A stretch of DNA of 64,000 bases from an uncultured Nitrospiraceae bacterium (GTDB lineage Bacteria; Nitrospirota; Nitrospiria; Nitrospirales; Nitrospiraceae): assembly GCA_963706325.1 (NCBI GenBank), contig CAVPLT010000001.1, forward strand, positions 1,056,001 to 1,120,000, in the 5' to 3' direction. Of this stretch, positions 36,195 through 48,241 are shown piece after piece. The notes beneath the pieces were generated by a model. It had not been told where the DNA came from. It saw only the letters and a list, made by a program, of their open reading frames with translations, and searched no databases. Every line of letters starts with the position of its first letter. Position 1 is the first letter of the stretch. A program made the translations under genes and the position numbers.

Positions 36195-37906
36195 TGGCTA
36201 TGGCACCCTTTCGGGGCCGACGTATTGTGGTGGCCTGCGGCCTGGTGGCGGCTTTTACCCTTGTCATTGTCCGCCTGGTGAATCTCCAAATATTGCAAGC
36301 GGCGGAATTGACGGTCAAGGCGGATCGGCAACATCAGAAGAACGTGATGCTGGAGGGAGCTCGAGGCACAATCTACGACCGAAATAGCAAAGTGTTGGCG
36401 ATGAATATGGATGTGCCGTCCGTGTTCGGAGTGCCAACATCGCTGGGGAATCCCGGCTTGACGGCGCGAAATCTTTCGCCGATTTTGCATGTGAAGGCGA
36501 CAGAAATCGAGAAGAAGCTTAAGCAGGATAAGCATTTTGTGTGGCTCGCGAGAAAGTTGGAGCCGGAACAAGGGCGAAGGCTTGAACGACTGTCCCTCGA
36601 CGGCGTAGGGGTCGTCATGGAAGGCCGCCGGTTCTACCCCAAAGGGCCCTTGCTGTCTCATGTGTTGGGCTTCGCTGGAATGGACGATCGAGGGCTGGAA
36701 GGTGTGGAGTTACGATATGAGCAGTACTTAAGGGGCGAGAAGCGGAGGGTGGTATTACAGCGAGATGCGCTGGGGCGAGCCGTTTTCCCTAAGGGCCTGA
36801 ATGAAGAAGGCGCGGCCGGAGGGCACAGCCTCACGCTCACCGTAGACGAAGTGATTCAGTACATAGCCGAGAAAGAACTGGACGACGCGGTCAGTCGATC
36901 CAATGCAAAGTCCGGCACGATCATCGTGATGAATCCTAGAACCGGGGCAGTGTTAGCGATGGCTGTCAGTCCGCGGTTCGACCCCAATGCAGTGGCTGCG
37001 TTGGCGCCTGACCGCTGGCGCAACCGCGCGCTGACGGATATCTATGAACCTGGCTCGACGATGAAGACTGTAATCGCGGCGGCGGCGCTGGAAGAGAAAG
37101 TGATGACGCCCGGGAGTATGCTCTATGGAGAAAACGGGCAGTTGTCGATCGCCAACACGGTTATCCACGATCACGAGAAGACGGGATGGATGACCTTTGC
37201 CCAGATGATTCAAAAGTCGAGTAATATCGGCGCGGCAAAGGTGGGAATGGCGCTTGGCGAGTGGCGGATGTACGACTATCTGAAGGAATTTGGATTTGGG
37301 GATAAAACCGGTATCGATTTGCCCGGCGAAATGGGTGGGCTGTTGCGGGGACCGCGCCAATGGGGCAAGCGTTCTCTGGCCTCCATCTCAATGGGACAGG
37401 AAATAGGGGTGACTCCGCTTCAAATGGTCACGGCAGTGTCGGCCATTGCCAACGGAGGGGTCCTCATGAAGCCTTATATGGTCTCGGAGATTCGGAACGC
37501 CAAAGGGCAATTGGTGGGGCAAACCATGCCGCAAGCAAAGCGACGCATCATCTCCACGGATACCGCCAGAACTATGACGACACTTTTGGAAGGGGTCGTG
37601 ACAAATGGAACCGGCGGCAAAGCGGCGATCCCCGGTTATCGCGTAGCCGGAAAGACCGGCACCGCGCAAAAGGTGGATCCCCGCAGCGGCAAATATTCCT
37701 CCACGCTCCTCGTGGGTTCTTTCCTCGGGTATGTTCCCGCGGAGGATCCCCGCTTGGCGATGATCGTGCTGATAGATGAGCCGCGCGGAGAGGGATGGGG
37801 CGGCGTTGTGGCTGCCCCGGTGTTCCGGCGCGTTGGCGAGCAGGTCCTCAATTATCTGGGCGTGGCGGTGGATGAGCCCGTGAAGTTGGCCATGGCCGGC
37901 TTTTAA
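36194..37906 (+). CDS. ftsI: Class B penicillin-binding protein (PBP3)
   Basis: RG.IYDRN, RFYP, EPGSTMK, KSSN and KTGTAQ. Confidence 0.93.
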   Translation: MAMAPFRGRRIVVACGLVAAFTLVIVRLVNLQILQAAELTVKADRQHQKNVMLEGARGTIYDRNSKVLAMNMDVPSVFGVPTSLGNPGLTARNLSPILHVKATEIEKKLKQDKHFVWLARKLEPEQGRRLERLSLDGVGVVMEGRRFYPKGPLLSHVLGFAGMDDRGLEGVELRYEQYLRGEKRRVVLQRDALGRAVFPKGLNEEGAAGGHSLTLTVDEVIQYIAEKELDDAVSRSNAKSGTIIVMNPRTGAVLAMAVSPRFDPNAVAALAPDRWRNRALTDIYEPGSTMKTVIAAAALEEKVMTPGSMLYGENGQLSIANTVIHDHEKTGWMTFAQMIQKSSNIGAAKVGMALGEWRMYDYLKEFGFGDKTGIDLPGEMGGLLRGPRQWGKRSLASISMGQEIGVTPLQMVTAVSAIANGGVLMKPYMVSEIRNAKGQLVGQTMPQAKRRIISTDTARTMTTLLEGVVTNGTGGKAAIPGYRVAGKTGTAQKVDPRSGKYSSTLLVGSFLGYVPAEDPRLAMIVLIDEPRGEGWGGVVAAPVFRRVGEQVLNYLGVAVDEPVKLAMAGF

Positions 37907-37914
37907 ATCATGAC

Positions 37915-39423
37915 ATGACACTTGATGAATTGATCGGCCCTATCCAGGGGCGTCTCAAAGTGCTGGAACGGATCGGAGACCAGCGCGTGACCATCACCAG
38001 CCTCACCGACGATTCTCGGAAGGTGGAACCAGGATCACTCTTCGTGGCCGTAAAGGGAGAGCGGGTCGATGGACATGATTTTCTGAGATCTGTCTTGGCT
38101 GCAGGAGCGGCCGCAGTGGTCATGGAGCAGCGGGTGCCAGTCGAACCGATCCCCTCTGTTCGGGTGCGAGATTCGCGCGAGGCCTTGGGGATCCTCGGTA
38201 GCCGGTTCTATCGCGACCCTTCCGTAGCGTTGCGGATGATCGGCGTGACGGGCACCAACGGAAAAACGACGACAACGTATATCGTGAAAGCCATGCTCGA
38301 AGCGGCAGGCCGACGAGTTGGCCTCATCGGGACGGTGGGCTACCTTGTCGGAAAGGAGGTCATCCCGGCCTCCCATACGACACCGGGTGCTTTAGAGCTG
38401 CAGCGCTTGTTTGCGCGGATGGCGGAGGCCAGACTGGATACGTTGGTGATGGAAGTCTCGTCCCATGCGCTGGCTCTCGACCGGACCGCCGGCTCTGAGT
38501 TCGATGTGGCGGTGTTTACGAACCTGACGCAAGATCATCTCGACTTTCACGTCGACATGGAGCGTTATTTCCAGGCGAAGCTCAAACTCTTTGTCGAACT
38601 TGGAGCGTCGGGGGCGACCAAGCCAAATAAGCGAGCCATCATCAATATCGACGACCCCTGGGGGGCGCGGATTCTCCAGGCCTGCGCGGCGCCGGCTTGG
38701 ACCTATGGGTTGCGTCATGAGGCAGACCTGTGTGCGGAAGACGTCGCGCTGTCTGCCGCCGGCACAACCTTTACCCTGCGCAGCCCTTTCGGAAGCTGTG
38801 CCATCCAGAGCCGTTTGGTTGGGGAGCACAATGTCTCTAATCTTCTAGCCGCCATCGGCGTGGTGCTGCAGGAAGGCCTGACGTTGGACCAAGTCCGCTC
38901 TGCCGTCGGCGCGGTCTCTACTGTGCCGGGACGGTTCGAGCTGGTCGAGGCCGGTCAGGATTTCACGGTGGTCGTGGACTATGCGCACACCGAAGACGCC
39001 TTGGTTCGATTGCTGACGGCGGCGCAGGCGCTTCGCAGGGGTCGAATTATCACCGTCTTTGGATGCGGTGGCGATCGAGATCGTAGCAAGCGCCCAAAGA
39101 TGGGACGAGTCGCCGTGCAGTTGAGCGATGTCGTGGTACTGACCTCCGACAATCCGCGAACCGAAGATCCCGCTGCCATCCTGCGCGAGGTTGAGGTTGG
39201 AGTGAAGGAAGCGCTCGTTGAGCGTAGCCATGTCCAATACCAGATGATGCCTGATCGTCGCGCTGCCATTGCGGCGGCAATTCAGGAGGCGAAACCCGGA
39301 GACATGGTGTTGATCGCCGGCAAGGGCCACGAGGATTATCAGATCTTGGGAACTACCAAGCATCATTTCGACGATCGTGAAGTCGCGCGTGAAACTATCG
39401 GGACCATCCGGTCTGGTGCCTAG
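37915..39423 (+). CDS. murE: UDP-MurNAc-dipeptide--meso-DAP ligase
   Basis: TGTNGKTT, MEVSSH, DYAHT and DNPR (DAP specificity). Confidence 0.96.
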   Translation: MTLDELIGPIQGRLKVLERIGDQRVTITSLTDDSRKVEPGSLFVAVKGERVDGHDFLRSVLAAGAAAVVMEQRVPVEPIPSVRVRDSREALGILGSRFYRDPSVALRMIGVTGTNGKTTTTYIVKAMLEAAGRRVGLIGTVGYLVGKEVIPASHTTPGALELQRLFARMAEARLDTLVMEVSSHALALDRTAGSEFDVAVFTNLTQDHLDFHVDMERYFQAKLKLFVELGASGATKPNKRAIINIDDPWGARILQACAAPAWTYGLRHEADLCAEDVALSAAGTTFTLRSPFGSCAIQSRLVGEHNVSNLLAAIGVVLQEGLTLDQVRSAVGAVSTVPGRFELVEAGQDFTVVVDYAHTEDALVRLLTAAQALRRGRIITVFGCGGDRDRSKRPKMGRVAVQLSDVVVLTSDNPRTEDPAAILREVEVGVKEALVERSHVQYQMMPDRRAAIAAAIQEAKPGDMVLIAGKGHEDYQILGTTKHHFDDREVARETIGTIRSGA

Positions 39424-39461
39424 GCAAGGAGCGCATGCGCGAGCATGGAAGCCGTGGAGTG

Positions 39462-40898
39462 ATGGCGTTATTCACGGTTGAGGAGATCTGCGAGGTCTTG
39501 AGTGTCAAGGCACCGGCCGGGCTGACCCCGCACGTCCTCAAACAACGGATCCGACGCGTGATAACGGATTCACGGATGGTGCGAAACGGCGATCTCTTCG
39601 TCGCGTTCACAGGTGACCGCCATGACGGTCATGCGTTCGTGACGAACGCGCTGGCTCAGGGAGCGGTCTGCGCCATCGTGCAAGAAGACTATCGTCTGCC
39701 GCAGTCACCGAAACGCGCGGATGTGCCGGTGCTGCTCGGGGTACGAGATACCCTGGAGGCCTATCAACGATTGGCCACTCACTATCGAAACCGTTTTCCA
39801 ATTCCGGTCATTGCCGTTACGGGGAGCAATGGCAAGACGACCACCAAGGAAATGGTGGCCCAGGTGGTCATGCAACGCTGGAAGACGCTCAAAACCGAAG
39901 GCAATCTCAATAATCGCATCGGTGTCCCGCAGACTCTGTTTCAACTTTCGCCGCGCCATCAAGCGGCCGTCATTGAAATGGGCGTGGATCAGCAAGGACA
40001 AACGACACGGTTGTGCGAAATTGCGAAGCCGACCATCGGCCTCATTACCAATATCGGTCCTGATCATTTGGAGTTCTTCGGCAGCATGGAAGGGTCTGCC
40101 CAAGCCAAGGCCGAGTTGTTGGATCATCTGCCGCAGGACGGCGCCGTGGTGTTGAACGCAGATGACGAGTATTTCGATTACCTTGCCGCCCGTGCTCAAT
40201 GCCGCGTGGTGGCGTTCGGTCGTACGCCGAAGGCGGATATTCGTGCCGTCAACATTCGGTCTGATGACAAGGGTGAGACCATTTTTGGCCTCGTCTTGCC
40301 GGGCAAGAGCCGCCATCCGGAGGTGCGCATCCGCACCCAGGGTACTCACAACGTGAGCAATGCGCTCGCGGCCGCCGGGGTCGGCTTTGTTCTGGGTTTG
40401 CCGGGGATGGCCATTGCGGAGGGCTTGGCCAAGTTTCGTCCCGCTGCCATGCGATCTCAGGTCAGCATCTCACATGGAGTGAAAATCATCAATGATTGTT
40501 ACAACGCGAACCCAGCTTCCATGAAGGCGGCTATTCAGCTCCTCGCGGAAATGAGCCAGGGGAAGCGGTCGATTGCGGTACTGGGTGACATGCTCGAGTT
40601 GGGGGCGGGCAGCAAACAATTGCATCGAGAGGTGGGGGCATGTCTTGCCGCCCAAGAGATCGGACAGCTGCTGGCCTGCGGCGTTCTGGGCCGAGAGCTT
40701 GCGGAGGGTGCTCGCGGAGCCGGTATGCCGACCGACAAAATTACGGAATTTCCGGACGCGGTGGCTGCGGGCTCCGCCTTGACCACGATGGTGAGGCAGG
40801 GCGACGTGGTGCTGGTGAAGGCCTCGCGTGGGATGCGTATGGAACAGGTCGTGGAGGCCGTAACCGGGATGCGGCGAGTCGGAACCAAGGCCAGCTGA
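39462..40898 (+). CDS. murF: UDP-MurNAc-tripeptide--D-Ala-D-Ala ligase
   Basis: [28 protein letters not shown] and GDMLELG. Confidence 0.96.
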   Translation: MALFTVEEICEVLSVKAPAGLTPHVLKQRIRRVITDSRMVRNGDLFVAFTGDRHDGHAFVTNALAQGAVCAIVQEDYRLPQSPKRADVPVLLGVRDTLEAYQRLATHYRNRFPIPVIAVTGSNGKTTTKEMVAQVVMQRWKTLKTEGNLNNRIGVPQTLFQLSPRHQAAVIEMGVDQQGQTTRLCEIAKPTIGLITNIGPDHLEFFGSMEGSAQAKAELLDHLPQDGAVVLNADDEYFDYLAARAQCRVVAFGRTPKADIRAVNIRSDDKGETIFGLVLPGKSRHPEVRIRTQGTHNVSNALAAAGVGFVLGLPGMAIAEGLAKFRPAAMRSQVSISHGVKIINDCYNANPASMKAAIQLLAEMSQGKRSIAVLGDMLELGAGSKQLHREVGACLAAQEIGQLLACGVLGRELAEGARGAGMPTDKITEFPDAVAAGSALTTMVRQGDVVLVKASRGMRMEQVVEAVTGMRRVGTKAS

Positions 40899-40960
40899 GA
40901 TTTAGGACGAGAAGGGAACTGTCGCGCCCGCCGATCGATGGCGGGCACAGATGCCGTAGG

Positions 40961-42037
40961 ATGCTATATAACTGGCTCTATCCACTTCATACGCAATTTT
41001 CTTTTCTGAACGTTTTCCGTTATCAAAGCTTTCGGATCATTTATGCGGCGGTGACAGCGTTTCTCATTGCGTTTGTGATGGCTCCTTGGGTCATTCGTAA
41101 GCTGCAGGAGATCAAGCTGGGCCAGCAGATTCGAGACGACGGGCCGAAACGGCACCTGGCAAAAAGCGGAACGCCGACCATGGGCGGTATTCTCATCATC
41201 TTTGCCGTGGTATTGTCCACGTTGCTCTGGGCCGATATGACCAACCGCTATGTGTGGCTGGTGGTTATCGCGACCGTGGGATTTGGAGCCGTCGGCTTCG
41301 CCGACGACTATCTCAAATTCATCAAGCGGCAATCGAAAGGCCTGTCGGCGACACAAAAGTTTACTTGTCAGATTCTGGTGGCGCTCACCGTCGGCGTGTT
41401 TCTGTATACGCTGCCCAGCTACACAACCAAACTCAGTGTGCCCTTCTTCAAGTTCTTCACGCCGGATCTGGGTTGGTTTTACATCGTGTTCGTCATTCTC
41501 GTCATCGTCGGTAGTTCGAACGCAGTGAATCTAACGGACGGCCTCGATGGGCTGGCCATTGGCCCGGTCATGATCGCCGCGTTGGCCTATACCATCGTCG
41601 CCTATGTGACGGGCAATCGCGTGATGGCAGAATATTTGCTTATTCCCTACATCGAAGGCGCGGGAGAAATCGCCATTTTTACCGGAGCGATCTTAGGGTC
41701 GAGTTTGGGGTTTCTGTGGTTCAACACCTACCCGGCTTCTGTCTTCATGGGCGACGTGGGATCGCTCCCATTGGGAGCCGCGCTTGGAACGGTTGCCGTG
41801 ATCAGCAAACATGAACTCCTGTTGCTGTTGGTCGGCGGAGTTTTTGTCATCGAAGCCTTATCGGTGATCTTACAAGTCGGATCCTACAAATTGCGGGGAA
41901 AGCGCATCTTCAACATGGCTCCGATCCATCACCACTTCGAAATGAAAGGGTGGGACGAACCGAAAGTCGTGGTACGTCTCTGGATCATTGCCATTTTGTT
42001 GGCGCTACTGAGCTTGAGCACGCTCAAACTTCGCTAG
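40961..42037 (+). CDS. mraY: Phospho-MurNAc-pentapeptide transferase
   Basis: [29 protein letters not shown] and MAPIHHHFE. Confidence 0.97.
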   Translation: MLYNWLYPLHTQFSFLNVFRYQSFRIIYAAVTAFLIAFVMAPWVIRKLQEIKLGQQIRDDGPKRHLAKSGTPTMGGILIIFAVVLSTLLWADMTNRYVWLVVIATVGFGAVGFADDYLKFIKRQSKGLSATQKFTCQILVALTVGVFLYTLPSYTTKLSVPFFKFFTPDLGWFYIVFVILVIVGSSNAVNLTDGLDGLAIGPVMIAALAYTIVAYVTGNRVMAEYLLIPYIEGAGEIAIFTGAILGSSLGFLWFNTYPASVFMGDVGSLPLGAALGTVAVISKHELLLLLVGGVFVIEALSVILQVGSYKLRGKRIFNMAPIHHHFEMKGWDEPKVVVRLWIIAILLALLSLSTLKLR

Positions 42038-42048
42038 TCTGGAGTTTC

Positions 42049-43440
42049 GTGAACGTCAAGGGTCTACAGGTCACAGTGGTCGGACTCGCGCGAAGTGGCG
42101 TGGCGGCGGCGCGGCTGCTGAGCCGGCTCGGTGCGCATGTGACCGCGGCCGATCGCAAGGATCCGCAAGAATTGAGTGCCGTTCTGCAGCAACTGGATCA
42201 GTCCACCATCGCCATACGCGTTGGAGCGCAGTATGAATCGGCGCTCGAACGGGCGGATCTCATCGTGATCAGCCCCGGCGTTCCGACTCACCTCGACGCG
42301 CTCAATCGCGCGCATGCGCGTGGCGTCCCAGTGATCGGCGAATTGGAATTGGCGTCGCGATTTCTGACCGCACCCGTCCTGGCTGTGACCGGAACCAACG
42401 GAAAAAGCACGACGGTGACGTTAGTCGGTAAGTTTTTGCAAGAGGCCGGAAAACGGGCCTTTGTCGGAGGCAATTTGGGAATTGCTGCCAGCGAAGCGGC
42501 GCTCGCCTGCATCCAGGCACAGTCCGAGGGTGTCCCCGCACCCTATGACTATATGGTGTTGGAAGCCTCCAGCTTTCAGCTGGAAACCATCGAGCAATTT
42601 CATCCCTGGATTGCCGCTGTCCTCAACGTGACGTTGGATCACATGGATCGATATGCGTCGGTAGACGGCTACGTGGCGGCAAAAGCGAACATCTTTTCCA
42701 ATCAGGTCGCTGGCGACTATTCTCTCTTCAACCTGGACGATGTGCGCGTCGCAAACCTTCGTCCGCGCACCCAGGCGACGGTGTTGGGATTCAGCCGGAC
42801 CGGTGCCCTGCTTCCAGGTGTCTCTGGTGTCACATTCTTGGAGGGCGACAGGATCGTGACGACCGTCAGAGGGTCACGAGAAGAGATCTGTCGTCGGAGC
42901 GACATGCGTTTGATCGGACTCCACAACGTTGAAAACGTGATGGCCGCGATGACCTATGGCTTACTCTGCGGCTGTTCGCTCGACGCGATTCGCTTTGTGC
43001 TGCATTCATTTCCCGGCTTGGAACATGCCCTTGAGGTCGTCCGCGAACGTCGAGGCGTCCGATATGTCAACGACTCGAAGGGCACGAACGTGGATGCGGT
43101 GCTCAAGGCTCTGGAAGGAATCGAGCAGCCCATTTGGTTGATTGCCGGAGGACGCGACAAGGGAGGCGATTTTGCTCGTCTGCGCGAATTGATACGGCAG
43201 CGGGTGAGGGGACTCATTCTGATCGGCGAGGCGGCCGGCCGCATCCAGGCCGCCATGGGAGACTTTGATCGGTGTCGTCCTGCAGCGACTCTCCGCGATG
43301 CCGTGGAGCTTGCTGCTCGCGAGGCGCAGCCCGGTGAGGTGGTCTTACTCTCACCGGCCTGCGCCAGTTTTGACATGTTCGCGGATTATCAGGACCGAGG
43401 CCGGCAGTTCAAGGGCCTTGTACAGGCGCTGCCGGCGTGA
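42049..43440 (+). CDS. murD: UDP-MurNAc-L-Ala--D-Glu ligase
   Basis: [27 protein letters not shown] and SPACASFD. Confidence 0.96.
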   Translation: MNVKGLQVTVVGLARSGVAAARLLSRLGAHVTAADRKDPQELSAVLQQLDQSTIAIRVGAQYESALERADLIVISPGVPTHLDALNRAHARGVPVIGELELASRFLTAPVLAVTGTNGKSTTVTLVGKFLQEAGKRAFVGGNLGIAASEAALACIQAQSEGVPAPYDYMVLEASSFQLETIEQFHPWIAAVLNVTLDHMDRYASVDGYVAAKANIFSNQVAGDYSLFNLDDVRVANLRPRTQATVLGFSRTGALLPGVSGVTFLEGDRIVTTVRGSREEICRRSDMRLIGLHNVENVMAAMTYGLLCGCSLDAIRFVLHSFPGLEHALEVVRERRGVRYVNDSKGTNVDAVLKALEGIEQPIWLIAGGRDKGGDFARLRELIRQRVRGLILIGEAAGRIQAAMGDFDRCRPAATLRDAVELAAREAQPGEVVLLSPACASFDMFADYQDRGRQFKGLVQALPA

Positions 43441-43475
43441 AACCGGCAGAAGCTGGGAGGAACGACAGCTGAACG

Positions 43476-44684
43476 ATGGCACAGAACGCGCTCGGGACAC
43501 TCAGTTTGCCCTGGTCGGCCTCGCCCCAGCGGTCGTCCAAACGCGTGCCGGTGGACCCGGCGCTGTTGGCGATCACGCTCGTCCTGGCACTGGTGGGAGT
43601 CGTAATGGTGTTCAGCGCGAGTGCCGTAGTGGCGGGGAGCCGCTTTCACGATCCTTGGTATTTCCTCAAACGTCAATTGGCATGGCTGGGCGCCGGCCTA
43701 CTCGTGATGCATCTTGTGTCGAAGATCGACTACACCCTCTGGCGGAAGCTCTCGGTCCCATTGTTGTTGATGACGACGGTGCTGCTGGTGCTGGTTCTCG
43801 TTCCCTCGCTCGGCAGCGCGGCCAAGGGGGCGCGACGGTGGCTGCATGTGGGGCCGATCAACATTCAGCCAGCCGAGCTGAGCAAATTTGTGGTGGTGAT
43901 TTATGTCGCGGCCTATGTGAGCAAGAAGCAGGACCAGCTGACGCAGTTCGCGCGCGGCCTATTGCCTCCGTTGATCGTCCTCGGACTGCTCAGCGGATTG
44001 ATCCTCCTGGAGCCCGATCTGGGCACGGTGGTGGTGATGGGACTGGTGGTCGTGACGCTGTTGTTTCTTGCAGGGGCGCGCATCAAACACCTTGGGCTCC
44101 TGTCGTTATGCGCGTTGCCTGCGGTTGCGGCATTGATCTTTGGATCGAGCTATCGGCGACAACGGCTGATGACGTTCCTGTCTCCCTGGAAGAATGCCTC
44201 CGATTCGGGCTTTCAAATCACCCAGTCGTTTTTGGCGTTCGGCAGCGGGGGACCCTTCGGAGTGGGGCTGGGCGAGGGGAAGCAGAAGTTGTTCTTTCTA
44301 CCGGAGGCGCATACGGATTTTGTGCTGGCCCTGGTCGGGGAGGAGCTTGGGTTGGCCGGCAGCGTGGCGATCGTGATGTTGTTCGGATTGTTTGTCCTGA
44401 AAGGCTTTCAGATCGCCGGGCGGGCACGCGACCCATTCGGCCGGTATCTCGCCATGGGCATCACCATGCTGGTCGGTATGCAAGCATTGGTCAATGCCGG
44501 CGTCGTCACCGGACTCTTGCCGACCAAGGGATTGACCCTGCCGTTCGTCAGTTATGGCGGGTCATCGTTAGTGGCCAATTTGTTCGGCGTCGGCATCTTA
44601 TTGAGTATCTCGCGCGACCGGCAGGGCGGGCGGGAGAGCGGTGGCCCGCGCGGTGGACGGAAGCGTGGGGTTGTCACGGCATGA
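43476..44684 (+). CDS. ftsW: Peptidoglycan polymerase FtsW
   Basis: GARRW, QPAE, EPDLG, LPEAHTDF and PFVSYGGSS. Confidence 0.96.
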   Translation: MAQNALGTLSLPWSASPQRSSKRVPVDPALLAITLVLALVGVVMVFSASAVVAGSRFHDPWYFLKRQLAWLGAGLLVMHLVSKIDYTLWRKLSVPLLLMTTVLLVLVLVPSLGSAAKGARRWLHVGPINIQPAELSKFVVVIYVAAYVSKKQDQLTQFARGLLPPLIVLGLLSGLILLEPDLGTVVVMGLVVVTLLFLAGARIKHLGLLSLCALPAVAALIFGSSYRRQRLMTFLSPWKNASDSGFQITQSFLAFGSGGPFGVGLGEGKQKLFFLPEAHTDFVLALVGEELGLAGSVAIVMLFGLFVLKGFQIAGRARDPFGRYLAMGITMLVGMQALVNAGVVTGLLPTKGLTLPFVSYGGSSLVANLFGVGILLSISRDRQGGRESGGPRGGRKRGVVTA

Positions 44685-45802
44685 ACATTGTCATCGCAGC
44701 CGGCGGAACCGGCGGGCATCTCTACCCGGCTATTGCCGTGGCCCGGGAGTTTCTAGAACGAGACCCCTCTACGCGAATCCTGTTCGTCGGCACGACGCGT
44801 GGCATTGAGCGTAAGGTACTCGCGCACGAGGGGTTTCCCTTGCAGTGCATTGCCGCTAATCCTTTGATGGGGAAGCGTCCCAGCGAAATACTGAAGGCAC
44901 TGTTCACATTACCCATGAGTCTGGGGCAATCGCTCAGTATTCTCAAAGCGCAGGGGGCTGATCTTGTGTTTGGGGTGGGCGGCTATACCAGCCCGGCGAT
45001 GCTCTTAGCGGCGTTTCTGCGACGAATCCCCGGGGTGATTCTCGAGCCGAACGCCTTTCCAGGAATGGCCAACAAAGCAGTTGCGCCGCTCGTCCAGCGA
45101 ATTTTTCTGGCCTTTGAATCGACCGTGCAATTCTTCGACCGACGAAAGACCAGGGTGGTCGGGACACCGGTCCGCCAGGCATTCCTCGCAGCCGAGGAGC
45201 CCGATGCCCGGCGAGCCGACGTATCGACTACACGACATCTGTTGATTTTTGGCGGGAGTCAAGGCGCCAAGGCCATCAATTCAGCAGTCATCGAGGCATT
45301 GCCGTTGCTCGGCGTTATGAAAGACCGCCCGACCATTACACATCAGACGGGCGAAGCCGACCACGCCCGGGTTGTCGCCGCTTACGACAGGGCTGGAGTC
45401 GCCGCTCAGGTGGTGCCATTTTTGTACGACATGCCGACGGTGCTTCGTGCGGCTAATCTTGTGGTCTCCCGATCGGGCGCCATGACGATCGCTGAGCTTA
45501 CTGTGTGCGGAAAGCCGGCAATTCTGATCCCCCTCCCGACTGCGATTTACAATCATCAGCTGCGCAATGCGGAGGTGATGGCTCAGGCTGGAGGCGCCCT
45601 GCTGCTCCCACAGGCGGAATTGACCGGCCCATGCCTGGCTCGCGCCATCACGGAGATTTTGTGCGATCCCCAGCGGCTTCACGTCATGAGTCGACAGAGC
45701 TGGAATATGCGCCGTAGCGATGCGGCCAAAACCATTGTTCGTGAGTGCTACGAGGTCATAAGGAGGCGCCATGCGATCAGCGGGAGCGCTCGCGTCCCAT
45801 GA
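44681..45802 (+). CDS. murG: Lipid II GlcNAc transferase
   Basis: GGTGGH.YP, GGY, GGSQGA and RSGA.T.AE. Confidence 0.96.
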   Translation: MNIVIAAGGTGGHLYPAIAVAREFLERDPSTRILFVGTTRGIERKVLAHEGFPLQCIAANPLMGKRPSEILKALFTLPMSLGQSLSILKAQGADLVFGVGGYTSPAMLLAAFLRRIPGVILEPNAFPGMANKAVAPLVQRIFLAFESTVQFFDRRKTRVVGTPVRQAFLAAEEPDARRADVSTTRHLLIFGGSQGAKAINSAVIEALPLLGVMKDRPTITHQTGEADHARVVAAYDRAGVAAQVVPFLYDMPTVLRAANLVVSRSGAMTIAELTVCGKPAILIPLPTAIYNHQLRNAEVMAQAGGALLLPQAELTGPCLARAITEILCDPQRLHVMSRQSWNMRRSDAAKTIVRECYEVIRRRHAISGSARVP

Positions 45803-45884
45803 ATCACGAGACCAGGAGGGACAGCGCGATGACCGGCACAGCCTACGCAAACCATTCGGAATACAGGGGTTAAGGCAGGCGACG

Positions 45885-47267
45885 ATGTTTAGAAAAACAC
45901 AACATATTCATCTGGTGGGTATCGGTGGCTCAGGGATGAGCGGGATCGCCGAGGTGTTGCTGACGCTCGGCTACAAGGTCAGCGGTTCGGATTTGAGCCA
46001 GTCGGAAACCACGCGCCGGCTCGAGGAGTTGGGGGGACGCATTGCCATCGGCCATCAGGAGTCCAATATCGGCGAGGCGCAGGTGGTAGTGATTTCCTCC
46101 GCTGTGGCCGCGACCAATCCTGAGGTGGTTGCCGCGAAGGGGAAACAGATTCCCGTCATCCCGCGTGCCGAGATGTTGGCGGAGTTGATGCGGCTGAAAT
46201 TCGGTGTGGCCATCGCAGGCGCCCACGGCAAGACGACGACCACCTCAATGGTGGCCAATGTGCTGGCCCAAGGCGGCTTGGACCCGACCATGGTGATCGG
46301 CGGAAAAGTGAATGCGCTGGGAAGCCATGCACGTCTAGGGCGTGGCGATCTGCTCGTCGCGGAAGCCGATGAAAGCGATGGGTCATTCCTTCGGCTGGCG
46401 CCAACGATCGCGGCGGTCACAAATATCGATCGCGAACATCTCGACCACTATGGAACGATGGAGCGGCTCAACGACAGCTTTCTGGAATTTATCAATAAGG
46501 TTCCGTTCTACGGGTTGGCGGTGCTTTGCGCTGATGACGAGCGACTGTGTGAGCTGCTGCCGCGCGTCGTCAAGCGGTACCAGACCTATGGCCTCCATGA
46601 ACACCCCGGCCATGTGCCGGATTTCCGGGCGACCGACATCAGCCTGCGGCAGTGGGGGTCAGAGTTCCGCGTCTTTTTCCGTGGTCGAAATCTCGGACCG
46701 TTCCGGCTGGCCATCCCAGGCATTCACAATGTGTCGAATTCGCTGATCGCGATCGCGATCGGCATGGAATTGGAAATCCCCGTCGATCTGATCCGCAAAG
46801 GCCTTGCCGCCTTCACCGGTGTGGAGCGGCGTTTTCATCTACGCGGCGAAAAGGCCGGAATCATGGTGGTGGACGATTATGGGCACCATCCGACCGAAGT
46901 TCGCGCGACGATCGCGGCGGCGAAGCAAGGCTGGGACAGGCGCGTGGTGGTGCTATTCCAGCCGCATCGCTACAGCCGTTCACGCGATTTGATGCAGGAA
47001 TTTTCCCATGCCTTTGATCAGGCGGATGCACTGTTTATGACGGAGATCTATGCGGCCGGCGAACAGCCGATTCCCGGGGTATCCGGTGAAAAATTGGTGG
47101 AGGCTGTTCGAACAGCAGGCCATCCATCAGCGACCTTCGTTGGACGCAAAGAAACCTTAGCGGATCAGGTGTTGCCGACGCTGAAGTCGGGTGATCTTGT
47201 CATCACTCTCGGAGCTGGGGACATCTGGAAGGCGGGTTTGGCGATTCTGGAACGGTTACCGGCTTAA
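45885..47267 (+). CDS. murC: UDP-MurNAc--L-Ala ligase
   Basis: [22 protein letters not shown] and DDYGHHPTE. Confidence 0.97.
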   Translation: MFRKTQHIHLVGIGGSGMSGIAEVLLTLGYKVSGSDLSQSETTRRLEELGGRIAIGHQESNIGEAQVVVISSAVAATNPEVVAAKGKQIPVIPRAEMLAELMRLKFGVAIAGAHGKTTTTSMVANVLAQGGLDPTMVIGGKVNALGSHARLGRGDLLVAEADESDGSFLRLAPTIAAVTNIDREHLDHYGTMERLNDSFLEFINKVPFYGLAVLCADDERLCELLPRVVKRYQTYGLHEHPGHVPDFRATDISLRQWGSEFRVFFRGRNLGPFRLAIPGIHNVSNSLIAIAIGMELEIPVDLIRKGLAAFTGVERRFHLRGEKAGIMVVDDYGHHPTEVRATIAAAKQGWDRRVVVLFQPHRYSRSRDLMQEFSHAFDQADALFMTEIYAAGEQPIPGVSGEKLVEAVRTAGHPSATFVGRKETLADQVLPTLKSGDLVITLGAGDIWKAGLAILERLPA

Positions 47268-47277
47268 GCGTACTGCG

Positions 47278-48222
47278 ATGGGTGAAATGGAGCCAACCGC
47301 AGGCCGGAAGACCCGATCGACGAGAAGCAAAAAGGATTGGGCACGCATCCTTCAAGGAGTTCGGGGCATGGTCACCTATGAGGCGTCGTTACAATCGTAC
47401 ACGTCTTTCCGTATCGGCGGGCCTGCGGAGGTCTTGATAGAACCGAGCGATGTGGAGGATCTCTGCCGCGTGGTGGCACAGGCCCGCGCCGAAAAGATTA
47501 CGATTTTTGTCGTGGGTGGGACGAATCTGCTGGTGCGTGATGGCGGTATTCGAGGGATCGTGGTCAGTCTGGGCAAATTCAAAGTCATCCGCCAGGAGCC
47601 GGATTATGTGCTCTATGCGGAAGGGGGTGTCGGCATGCCGACCCTGATTGGTTATGCGGTTCGTCGCTCCCTGGCTGGATTGGAGTGGGGCGCCGGCATT
47701 CCGGGGACCGTCGCCGGTTGTGTCGTGATGAATGCCGGGACGCGGTTGGGAGAGATGAAGGATTCCGTAAAGGCCGTTCGAATGATCGATCCGCGTGGGC
47801 GGGTGCTGGACATCCCGGCGGCCGATATTCCCTTCAGTTATCGTCGAGCGCATTTGCCGCCCGGCATCGTCGTGGGCGTGTGGTTACAGTTGAAGCCCGG
47901 TGAGCACAGTCAGATCGAACAGGCGGTGAAGGAGTATTTGCGGTATCGCAAGGACACTCAGCCACTGACGTTGCCCAGTGCCGGCTGTGTGTTCAAGAAT
48001 CCGCCGCAAGATTCAGCCGGCCGACTGGTCGAAGCGGCGGGCCTGAAGGGCGCTCGCGTGGGAGATGCCCAGGTCTCCGAAAAACATGCGAATTTCATGG
48101 TCAACGTAGGCCATGCGAGGGCCGAGGATGTGCTGGCCCTCATTAAGAAAGTTCGCGCAGGGGTGAAAAAGCTGTCAGGTGTCAGGCTCGATTTGGAACT
48201 TAAGGTCGTCGGGCAGGCCTGA
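47278..48222 (+). CDS. murB: UDP-GlcNAc-enolpyruvate reductase
   Basis: TSFRIGG.A, IPGT..G...MNAG, SAGCVFKNP and KHANF. Confidence 0.95.
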   Translation: MGEMEPTAGRKTRSTRSKKDWARILQGVRGMVTYEASLQSYTSFRIGGPAEVLIEPSDVEDLCRVVAQARAEKITIFVVGGTNLLVRDGGIRGIVVSLGKFKVIRQEPDYVLYAEGGVGMPTLIGYAVRRSLAGLEWGAGIPGTVAGCVVMNAGTRLGEMKDSVKAVRMIDPRGRVLDIPAADIPFSYRRAHLPPGIVVGVWLQLKPGEHSQIEQAVKEYLRYRKDTQPLTLPSAGCVFKNPPQDSAGRLVEAAGLKGARVGDAQVSEKHANFMVNVGHARAEDVLALIKKVRAGVKKLSGVRLDLELKVVGQA

Positions 48223-48241
48223 CGAGGAGCGAGGAAGGGGC

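Noticed and set aside
40926..40946. GC hairpin between murF and mraY as a terminator
   Set aside because: No U-tract; at most an mRNA stability element
43265..44680. 845-aa ORF suggesting a MurG fusion
   Set aside because: Upstream part is an alternative frame of ftsW; murG starts at 44681
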